IMG/VR virus record: IMGVR_UViG_3300035187_002392
Location: 1 to 24,420 of that record
Length of the DNA: 24,420 nucleotides
Reading direction: 5' to 3' (one strand)
Source of the DNA: a virus
Lineage: Duplodnaviria > Caudoviricetes
Positions 1 through 8,100 of the stretch are shown in pieces. Positions within the stretch are counted from its first letter, which is position 1. Every line of letters begins with the position of its first letter. The notes beneath the pieces are model-generated. The model ran no database searches. It was not told where the DNA came from and was given only the letters and a program-made list of their open reading frames with translations. A program made the position numbers and the translations under genes.

Positions 1-1
1 T

Positions 2-130
2 TTTTGCAATAACGTGAACGGCTAACGAGTTATCTACCCATGCACCGTAAACATCTTGGCCAACTTCAACAAGAGCTAGCCCGCTGTTACAAGTCCCTAA
101 GCCAGCTTCAGGGTTTTGAATAAGTTGCAT
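2..130 (-). CDS. Small hypothetical protein, 3'-truncated by window edge (MQLIQNPEAGLGTCNSGLALVEVGQDVYGAWVDNSLAVHVIAK...)
   Basis: ATG at 130-128 preceded by the RBS AAAGGA inside the repeated leader. Frame is open to the window edge. Not in the supplied ORF track. Confidence 0.7.
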   Translation of the reverse strand, partial: MQLIQNPEAGLGTCNSGLALVEVGQDVYGAWVDNSLAVHVIAK

Positions 131-160
131 CTCGGTTTTTCCTTTCAGACTGGGTGAGCC
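128..160 (-). repeat. Leader/RBS repeat, copy 1 (GGCTCACCCAGTCTGAAAGGAAAAACCGAGATG)
   Basis: Matches 447-478 with 2 substitutions and 1 indel. Ends in a start codon. Confidence 0.9.
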
Positions 161-171
161 CCCGAAGGGGC
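158..171 (-). other. Intergenic hairpin GCCCC-TTCG-GGGGC (cUUCGg tetraloop)
   Basis: Perfect 5-bp GC stem with a C(UUCG)G loop on the minus strand, 5 nt after the TAA at 179-177. No U-tract follows. Confidence 0.8.
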
Positions 172-176
172 GGGGG

Positions 177-449
177 TTAGGCGGCTTCTATAGCGTAGGA
201 TTTGGTGTTAAAAACAACGGCTTCGCCTTTGAAGCGTCTAGCCAAAACGTCAAACACAGTTTTAGCGTCTTGCGTTGTGCCAGCAGGTAAGGCGGCGATG
301 CGGATGCTGTTGTTGGCAAAGACTGTGATACTAACCTTGCGATTTGAAGCCGTCCAGCATGATGCGCCGTGCTTTGCGCCGTAGCTTGTAAACTCAAAAC
401 CAGCTTTGCGAAGGGTGTTTGCTACTTTGCGACTTGTGATAGTGTTCAT
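177..449 (-). CDS. Small hypothetical early-type protein, 90 aa (MNTITSRK...)
   Basis: ORF track gives 177..494. The start is moved to the ATG at 449 because AAAGGA in the repeated leader precedes it. Lies downstream of a consensus sigma70 promoter. Confidence 0.75.
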   Translation of the reverse strand: MNTITSRKVANTLRKAGFEFTSYGAKHGASCWTASNRKVSITVFANNSIRIAALPAGTTQDAKTVFDVLARRFKGEAVVFNTKSYAIEAA

Positions 450-478
450 CTCGGTGTTCCTTTCAGACTGGGTTAGCC
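447..478 (-). repeat. Leader/RBS repeat, copy 2 (GGCTAACCCAGTCTGAAAGGAACACCGAGATG)
   Basis: Near-identical to 128-160. Confidence 0.9.
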
Positions 479-500
479 ACTTGCTCAACCTCATGTAATT

Positions 501-529
501 AGTATACAGGTATAACAGGTACTTGTCAA
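501..529 (-). promoter_or_regulatory. Strong sigma70-type leftward promoter
   Basis: Minus strand reads TTGACA (529-524), 17-bp spacer, TATACT (506-501). Confidence 0.85.
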
Positions 530-544
530 CACTTTTAGAGAAGG

Positions 545-574
545 TTTACAAAACTACATCAAGCGGTGTACAAT
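545..574 (+). promoter_or_regulatory. Putative rightward promoter for the packaging/structural operon
   Basis: TTTACA (545-550), 18-bp spacer, TACAAT (569-574), upstream of terS. Confidence 0.55.
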
Positions 575-633
575 GATAAAGCCAGCGGGCGCTGTTGTGG
601 TGTGGCTCGCTGGCGACAATGAGAGGATTAACG

Positions 634-1071
634 GTGGAGAAGCCGCTCACAGCTAAACAAGAGGCTTTTGCGCAAGCTGTTGCTGATGGCATGACACAGA
701 GTGACGCTTACAGGCAGGCTTATAATGCTGAAAAGATGAGCGATAAGCAGGTTTGGGAAGAAGCCAGTAAACTATTCTCAAACCCAAAGGTTTCACAAAG
801 GGTAGCCCAATTAAGGGCAAAGCTAGAGGCAAAGGCCTTGTGGAGCCGTGAAGATAGCGTCAAGGTGTTAAAGCAGGTGGCCAAGCTCGGCCTTGACCCT
901 GAAAGCCACGCCAAGGCGGGTGATGCTGTTAATGCGGTGCAGGCGTTAAACAAAATGCACGGCTATGATGCACCTACTAAGGTAGAGCATAGCGGGGGCG
1001 TGGGTGTGCAGGTGGTAGCGATGGCCGATATGTCGGCAGTGTGGGGCGATGAAGCTAGTCTGCCCGATTAA
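634..1071 (+). CDS. terS: Terminase small subunit
   Basis: N-terminal LTAKQEAFAQAVADGMTQSDAYRQAY...ASKLFSNPKV is the typical TerS HTH pattern. C-terminal KMHG..APTKVEHSG. GTG at 634 follows the RBS GAGAGGA (621-627). Overlaps terL. Confidence 0.9.
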   Translation: MEKPLTAKQEAFAQAVADGMTQSDAYRQAYNAEKMSDKQVWEEASKLFSNPKVSQRVAQLRAKLEAKALWSREDSVKVLKQVAKLGLDPESHAKAGDAVNAVQALNKMHGYDAPTKVEHSGGVGVQVVAMADMSAVWGDEASLPD

Positions 1072-2497
1072 AGAGTATTTTCCCCACCAGTTGGCTATGC
1101 TTGAGATGCCTGATAAAGCGGTTGATATGGATATTGTGTGCGCCGTGGGGGGCTTGGGGAGTGGCAAGACTAAAGCGGCGGTTGACTTGGGTATGTATAT
1201 GGCCAGCGGGTTCCATGGAAGCATTGGCATTGTAGGCCATAAGTACCTAAGCACGCTAAAAAGCACGGTCATTAAAGATTATTTGGCAACGATTGAGAGC
1301 TGGTGTATCCCGCCCAAGGCCTACACGCACAACAAGGGGGAGCAGACACTCACGTTTCACTGCTGGGGTGATTCGGTGATACACTTCAAGTCGTTGGAGT
1401 TCCCCGACGACACGTTGCGCTCAATGAACGCCGATTGGGCGCATATTGAGGAGGCCAACTTGGCAGGGTTAAACGCCTACCTCAAGGTGATTGAGCGGGT
1501 AAGGAGACCCGGGCGAAACAAAACAAAGCGGGTAGTGTTGACGCTAAACCCTACAATGCGCAAAGATTGGATTTATGATTTGTTTGTTAAGGGTGCAGGC
1601 AAGTTTACAAGCGACGATGGCAAGGGTGGCACAGTTACCGTACACCGTCGGCGGGTGGTATCATCCACCAGAGACAACAAAGAGCTGTCTGCGGTGTATG
1701 CGCTGAACCTGAAAGAGACGCTATCAGAGCAGCAGTATAGGGCTTTAGTCTTGGGGGAAGATATTATGATTGATAGCGGTTTAGTGTTGCAAAACTGGAG
1801 CGTTGCCAATGAGGATAAAACGCTCGCCTATGACCCTGAACGGCGTATTTACCTAACGTGTGATTTCAACGTAGACCCAATGTGCTGGGCATTGTGCCAT
1901 ATCGGGCGTGACCCTGCTACGGGCTTGGTGCATTACCAACAGTTTGACGAGGTGGCATATGGACCCACGACGACAGAAGAGGCGGCGGATAGGGTAGGGA
2001 GTAAGTACCGAGACCATAGGGCGGGTATCACGGTAACAGGCGACGCTAGTGGTACAAACCGAAGCACACAGGCCACAAACCCGAACTACCACAATTACAA
2101 GGTGATTGAGCAAGTCTTAGTTGGCCAATGGCAGATACAAGATGTAAGCATAGAGCCATTACGCAACGCCCCGCACGTTGACGCTAGGCATCAGTTGTTT
2201 GTGTCTATCGTAAAGAACGCTGCGGGTGATAGACTGTTTACGATTAACCCGCTAACATGCCCTAGAACCTACCATGTATTAACGAATATGGAGTGGGTGA
2301 CAGGCGGGGAAGGTTTCGCAATCAAGAGCCACAGTAGCAAGGAGATTGAACGAGATGCAACAGGCCAGCTTAAATACTTTTTCCACCCCTACGATGCGGT
2401 TAGCTACCTCGTCTGGAAATACAGCAACCGCCTTAAAGACGAAGCGGGGGGACGTAAGCAGGTTTATCGTGAAGAAGCCTATAGGGCAAGGCGGTAG
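1049..2497 (+). CDS. terL: Terminase large subunit
   Basis: Walker A GGLGSGKT, Walker B WAHIEEA, coupling motif TLNP, nuclease motifs LTCDFNVDP, GDASG and HPYDAVSY. Confidence 0.95.
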   Translation: MKLVCPIKEYFPHQLAMLEMPDKAVDMDIVCAVGGLGSGKTKAAVDLGMYMASGFHGSIGIVGHKYLSTLKSTVIKDYLATIESWCIPPKAYTHNKGEQTLTFHCWGDSVIHFKSLEFPDDTLRSMNADWAHIEEANLAGLNAYLKVIERVRRPGRNKTKRVVLTLNPTMRKDWIYDLFVKGAGKFTSDDGKGGTVTVHRRRVVSSTRDNKELSAVYALNLKETLSEQQYRALVLGEDIMIDSGLVLQNWSVANEDKTLAYDPERRIYLTCDFNVDPMCWALCHIGRDPATGLVHYQQFDEVAYGPTTTEEAADRVGSKYRDHRAGITVTGDASGTNRSTQATNPNYHNYKVIEQVLVGQWQIQDVSIEPLRNAPHVDARHQLFVSIVKNAAGDRLFTINPLTCPRTYHVLTNMEWVTGGEGFAIKSHSSKEIERDATGQLKYFFHPYDAVSYLVWKYSNRLKDEAGGRKQVYREEAYRARR

Positions 2498-3014
2498 GGT
2501 ATCGTATCACCTAGCTACGGCGGATGACTTACCAGCTATTTACGGCCTTATAGCAGACTTTGGCGAGAAATACGCCCATGCGATTGAGCCAGTACACCCA
2601 AGCGTTGCTGAACAACTGGTGGCTGAACAAAGCGTGTTCTCGTTGACGTTAGACGGCTACACGGTGGGCGCATTGGCCTTTACTGACCATTACCCGAACC
2701 TACACGCCGAGATACACCTGCTGGTTAGGCCGTGGGCAATGCGAGACGTGTTACGCTCAACGGCACTGGTTGAAATTGTTACCGCTTTATTTATTTCGCT
2801 AAAGCTGGTAAAGTTAAAGGGCAAGTGTCTAGCGCAGCAGGTCGGGGCTAAGCGATTACTTAAAAGCTACGGATTCCGCAACCAAGGATACCTAAAGGGT
2901 GAAACAATTTTTCAAGGTAAACTGGCGGATATGGAGCTTTATGAACTAACGCAACAGTACTGGTTAGACAAGTGGATACCACAGCATGACGTTTGGCAAA
3001 GAGAAAAAAGCTAG
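2469..3014 (+). CDS. GNAT-family (RimJ/RimL-like) acetyltransferase
   Basis: ATADDLPAI start motif and AKRLLKSYGFRNQGYLK...GKLADMELYEL C-terminal motif. Likely start is GTG at 2469 after GCAGG, overlapping the terL 3' end. The ORF-track TTG at 2346 is less plausible. Confidence 0.8.
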   Translation: MKKPIGQGGRVSYHLATADDLPAIYGLIADFGEKYAHAIEPVHPSVAEQLVAEQSVFSLTLDGYTVGALAFTDHYPNLHAEIHLLVRPWAMRDVLRSTALVEIVTALFISLKLVKLKGKCLAQQVGAKRLLKSYGFRNQGYLKGETIFQGKLADMELYELTQQYWLDKWIPQHDVWQREKS

Positions 3015-3813
3015 GGCAGCTAGCGACAACGCTTTACAACAGAATCAAAACTTTGGCATGGATAGGCTTAACCAGTCTATGGCCATTAGCCAGCCCAAGG
3101 GCTTTAACATAGGGGGTTTAGGGGGAGCGTATGCTGGGATAGATGCCCAAGGCACACCACAAGTCACAGGCCGTATGCCGTTTGGTGATGAGAACCTAAC
3201 GCTTGCTAACAGAAATATACAGCAGTTGTTGCAGGGCTTTGGTAGTGATTTAAGCCAAAACAACGCCATTACAGACAGCTTAAACAAGCTGATGGGCAGA
3301 GAGCAAGACAGCCAGCTTAAAAAAATGTTTGATAACCTGAACGCCAAGGGGCAACTTGGTGGGAGCCTCCAAAACAAGGCCATGAAAGACCTAAGCGAGG
3401 TGTTTGCAGACCAGCAGCTCAAGACTGGGTTGGCTGGCTTTGATGCCACGTTACAGGCCTTGCAGGCGTTACGCAACGAGAGCGGGGCTAACTTGGCGCA
3501 ACAATTACAGCCTATTCAGTTGGCCATGCAGGGGATGCAGGCCAACAACGCTTTGAATCTTCAAAGGGCAGGCTTGCCCATGCAGTTAGCTCAACTCATG
3601 TCGCCAGCGTTCCAGCAGGCAGGGCAAACTAACGCTCAAATTGAGATGCAACGTAAGAGTGACTTTGAGACGGCGTGGGATTTTTATCAAAAACAACAAC
3701 AGCAGTTTGCCAAAATGGCTGGTACGGCAGTTGGCGCGGCGATGGGCAACCCGATGGCGGGAGCTGGTGGCGTGCAAACGGCAGGTGTCTCTGCTGCTGG
3801 CTTTGGAGGTTAG
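2986..3813 (+). CDS. Putative ejection/internal virion protein 1 (275 aa)
   Basis: Q/A/G/M-rich and helical, with a Gly/Ala hydrophobic C-tail (AGTAVGAAMG) and no Cys. First of an ascending-size series after the GNAT, as with T7 gp14 or P22 gp7. Confidence 0.65.
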   Translation: MTFGKEKKARAASDNALQQNQNFGMDRLNQSMAISQPKGFNIGGLGGAYAGIDAQGTPQVTGRMPFGDENLTLANRNIQQLLQGFGSDLSQNNAITDSLNKLMGREQDSQLKKMFDNLNAKGQLGGSLQNKAMKDLSEVFADQQLKTGLAGFDATLQALQALRNESGANLAQQLQPIQLAMQGMQANNALNLQRAGLPMQLAQLMSPAFQQAGQTNAQIEMQRKSDFETAWDFYQKQQQQFAKMAGTAVGAAMGNPMAGAGGVQTAGVSAAGFGG

Positions 3814-3816
3814 GGG

Positions 3817-5163
3817 ATGAGCGCACAACCTCCCTCAATGTTTAGCCAAGCAGGGGCAGGCTTACCTCCTCAGTTGATGCAGGCGTTTGGAGATATTACA
3901 AGCCAGCTAGAGCAACGCCAACAACAGATAAACGCCCCTAAAAAGCATCCAGTGCTAGAGGCTTTGGCCTTAACACTGCTAGGTGGCCCGGGTTACGCAT
4001 ACGGCAATTACGTAGGCGGAAACATGGCAAGGCAACGCCAGTCACGCCAAGCAGAACTAGACGCATTAGAAGCGTTAAAAGTGTTGTCGTATAGCGTCAA
4101 CCAAACCAACAACGCCCGAAACGATACGGCCTTGGCTGGTGTGGCTGCGCCATTGTTTCAAGCTGCGGGTGTCAACGCACCTCAACAGATGGGGGCAGAT
4201 GGTTTAAACCTGCTTTATAGCCTTAATGCCCCTGCTGTTATGCAACTTGGAAACCAGCAGATACAGGGTGGGGCTGGTGCTGGCTTCAATCAAGGGCTTG
4301 GACTTACCCAAATGTTTGAAGGTGCGCCCAAGTTAAGGCCATACCCTAAGCGTGAGACTGTAGCAACTGTAACCCCTGATGGTGGCCGTGTTGCTAACCA
4401 AGGTGGTGAGAAGTCCCAAGCACCACAGGGCGATGGTTATGAGTATGTGCCAATGGGTGAAGGCATGGAGGGAAGCACTGGCATAAGAGAGGTGCCAACA
4501 CAGCAACCCTTGCAAGTGGAGGCTGGGGCAAGTAAGCAACTGCCCATTCCTATATCTCCCGATGTGCAAAGGCAAATAATAGCTTCAACACAGCAAGCAA
4601 TGACTGGCGCAAGTGGGCAAGTGCCTGACTACGCCAAATTGCCTGCTGAATTACAGGCCTTAATGGCCTTAACAGGGCAACGGCGTTCTGCCGAAAGCCT
4701 AAACCGTACCAATGCCAGCCTTGCCCCCGCCTTGGCACAGTCTTTAATTGGACAGCGGGGAGCCTCGGCACAAGCCAGTAGCGCACAAGCACAAGCAACA
4801 ATGGCTAAGTTGCCTGCTCAAATAAAGTCACTTGAAGCATCTGCACAAGCACGGCTAGCGTATGCTGAATCACAAGGCAACTACCAAGCCAGCAATGCCT
4901 TGAAGCCCCTTGAATCTGCTTACAATCAATCGCTTAAAGAGGTGAAAGCCGCAGGGTTGGTAAATAAGCGTGGGGAGATACAGCCCAACAAGGCTAAGAC
5001 CCCCGAACAACAGTCCGCTTTGGCTAAGTACCAACAAAGGGCGCAACAATATGATGAAGTGTTGCAACGCTTAACAGGCATAACAGGCAGCAGCCAGCCA
5101 CAGGCGCAACCAGCGCAAAAACAAGCTCTTCCTTCGTATTCAAGCGTAAAGGATAAGTTGTAA
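3817..5163 (+). CDS. Putative ejection/internal virion protein 2 (448 aa)
   Basis: Q/A/P-rich low complexity, short hydrophobic segment LEALALTLLGGPG, no Cys, position in the module. Confidence 0.6.
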   Translation: MSAQPPSMFSQAGAGLPPQLMQAFGDITSQLEQRQQQINAPKKHPVLEALALTLLGGPGYAYGNYVGGNMARQRQSRQAELDALEALKVLSYSVNQTNNARNDTALAGVAAPLFQAAGVNAPQQMGADGLNLLYSLNAPAVMQLGNQQIQGGAGAGFNQGLGLTQMFEGAPKLRPYPKRETVATVTPDGGRVANQGGEKSQAPQGDGYEYVPMGEGMEGSTGIREVPTQQPLQVEAGASKQLPIPISPDVQRQIIASTQQAMTGASGQVPDYAKLPAELQALMALTGQRRSAESLNRTNASLAPALAQSLIGQRGASAQASSAQAQATMAKLPAQIKSLEASAQARLAYAESQGNYQASNALKPLESAYNQSLKEVKAAGLVNKRGEIQPNKAKTPEQQSALAKYQQRAQQYDEVLQRLTGITGSSQPQAQPAQKQALPSYSSVKDKL

Positions 5164-8100
5164 ATGGTAACTCTTGAAGCCCAAATAGAGGTGCTAAGAA
5201 AAGACAAAGAGTTTATTAGTGCGCCTAAAGATAAACAACTTAAATACCTAAAGCAATATGTGCTACCTTCTGTAGATGAAGGTTTTGCAAATGCACCATC
5301 TGACAAACAAGACGCTTACATAAATCAATATGTTTTCCCTGCTTTTGCCGAAAATGTTGCCCCACCTCCCCAACAGGCTAACCCTGCGCTGGACTTCCTT
5401 GGCCAAGTGGCTAACACGGCTATTGAGACGGGAACTTTTGGCCTAGTTGACCGCCCTATGGCGACAAACGAAGCTGCTATGTTTACAGGCGGTATGATTG
5501 GCGGTGCTGTCCCTTACGGCTTGACTGCTCTTTTAGGTGCAGCCGTACCCGCAACATTGCCTTTTACTTTGCCTATTGCAGCAAGTTTAGCTGGGGCGCA
5601 AGGGATTGGCACTGATATTAGAGACCAGCTAGACGCTGGGCGGAGCATGGATGAGCTAAACTTAGGGCGTACGGCTTTCCGTGGATTAGCCTCATCAGGT
5701 GGAGCTTTAGCAGGTGGAACGCTTGGCACAACATTGCTAAGAGATGCGCTAATCAACGCTGGCTTTAACGCTGGCGAGGTAGCGGGCGTTCAGGCACTTG
5801 AAGGGCAAGCCCCTGACCTTGGCCAAATAGCTAAGGCAGGCGGTATGGGGGTAGGTGGTTCGGTAGCAGGCCGTGGCCTTAATGCCCTTTTAACCGTGCG
5901 TAACCAGCAAAAAAAACAAACCCCTAGCCAATCCCCCAAAGAGCCACAAAACTCTATGCTAGAGCAGGCAGAGTCACCACAGAAACAACGCTACAGTGAC
6001 GACGGTATGAGCAACAGGGCTTTAGAGGATGTGGCCGTACTAGCCAGCCAACAAGGCGTAACAGATAAAGACGTGTTAAAGAGTGCCTACGCTCAAAGAA
6101 ACGTTTTGCTAAAAAGCACAACCTTGTTAAAAAAGCAGGGGAGAGAGGATAGCTTAGAATACAAAGAGCGGACAAAGGCACGGCAAGCTATTGAGCGTGT
6201 TATTGAGACTAAAACAGGCGAAAAGACACCTAAAAAAGACAAAGACGTGACCAAGCTAGGGTATGATGCAACGCCTAAGCCTCGTTTAGTGAAGGCGCAA
6301 AAGCAAGTACAAGCCACGCTGTTAAAGCAACCTATAGGCCAGCTACCCGCTAGGCCAATTCAAGCCTTGCCGTCAATGACAAAAGGGCAACTGCGCAACA
6401 TCGAGGCTAGGGTAAGGCAACAAGGCCAAGTGTTACCGCCTAGCCAAGAGGTTATAGACGTTAAGGGTAAGGTGCGGATACCTCAACCTACCCAAGGTAG
6501 CGTGCCTAAGGCTATGACAGGCAAACCAGCCGAACAAGCAAGGGTAAGGGCTGGGGAGCAAGCCAAGGCTACACAAGAGACACAAGACTTTGCCACGGTG
6601 ATTAAACAAGCCGATGCTGTGCCTGATGATGCCAGTAGGCTAAAGGCTTACAGAAAGCTACTAGGACAGGCGCAAAACAAGCTGATAGCTGACCCAACAA
6701 ACCCACTAGCCAAGCAACGGCTAGACACGGTGCAAGCCCGTATTGACGCTATGACAGAAACGGCAACCAATAGGCAGGCTGCACAAGCGCAAATGGCTCA
6801 AAAGGCCAAAATAAAGCCTGCTGTTGTTGATGAAGATGCGCCAACTAAAGCTAAAGAGCAACCTAAGATAACCCCTAAAGAAGCTGGCCAGTTGCTAACA
6901 GAGCTGTATAGTGGCGACCATATAGGGGTGGTAGATAATCAAACGGCGTATGAAGTGTTTAGAATGCTTGATGTGCCTACAAAAAAGGTGCATCGTGATA
7001 ATATAACCTCATCGGATGTAACCCGATTTGGCAATCAGCTAGTGTATAATGCAAACCTAGGCCGTCAACTAGGGATGCAACGCATTGGTGAAAAAGAAAC
7101 ACTTGGCGTGGTAATAACTCGCTTACAAAAGAAATACCCTAACCTAAACGTAGCCTCTATTATTGGGGGGCGTGTGGCTCGTGACTCTAATGTTTTAGCA
7201 GCCATAGCCGAAGATGTAACGGCTGTGCAAAAAGCAGGTGAAAGCCTGCCTGATAGCCTGATAGCCGCTTTAGAGCGTAGCGGGGTAACAGAGCAAGCAA
7301 AAAGAGAGGCAGAAATAGCAGTACTCTATGAAAAGCTAGACAGAATAACAAAAGCAGGCTTACAAAACATGGATAGGGCGCAAACGCCCGAAGCCCTAGA
7401 AGCAGCTTTTGAGGACTTTGCTGGTAAGTGGCGAGGCTTAGAGTCTGATTTTGAGGCTTTAAAAGATGAAAAAACGTGGATGGATGCCTATGAAAAAGCT
7501 GGGGAACGAGCAGACGCCAACCAAGCCCTGATTGAAGAAGCGCAACGCCTTGGGGTTAAGCCAGTAGAGCCAGTTGCCCCTAAGCCTAAGCCTAAGGCTA
7601 AAGCCAAGCCCCCAGAAGTTCCTAAGCCAGTAGAGTCTAAGCCAGTTGAGGCAACGGCGGTTAAAGCAGATAGCCCCACCAGTTATAAAGACTGGCCGAT
7701 TTACCAAGATTTGCCCGATGGCTGGGCGGTTAGTAAGACAGCAGGAAGCCCCCTTGCTGGCCATGTGTTTATTACAAATAAAACAAGCCCATTGAACCCA
7801 AGCCACAAACGGGCATTGATGCCTGTTGAGCAACCTAAAGCCAAGTTTACCCCCAAAGCCACAGACGAAGGCAAAAAAGGCACAAGGTACACCACGCCTG
7901 ACCCTAACTTGACCGTTCGTAAAGGAAAAAAAGGCAACTGGGTTGTGGAGCCAAAACTGCCCGATGGAAGCTATGGCAAAGGGGTAAGGGTAGCAGACGA
8001 GGCCACGGCCAAGGCGTATGTGGCTAAAGCTGGTGTGCTAAGGCAGACAGCAGACGTTAAGGCCAAGATTAAAGACCCTGTAAACCCTGCCAACATCAAC

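Noticed and set aside
128-478. CRISPR mini-array
   Set aside because: Only two copies ~290 bp apart, with a gene between them and each ending in RBS-ATG.
595-633. ORF-track N-terminal extension of terS
   Set aside because: The RBS GAGAGGA sits before the GTG at 634, and the TerS motif begins right after it.
2346-2497. Programmed frameshift fusing TerL to the GNAT (overlapping open frame from 2346)
   Set aside because: It would need a +1 shift and no convincing slippery site is present. A GTG at 2469 with an upstream GCAGG explains the GNAT, and TerL's last nuclease motif lies within the overlap.
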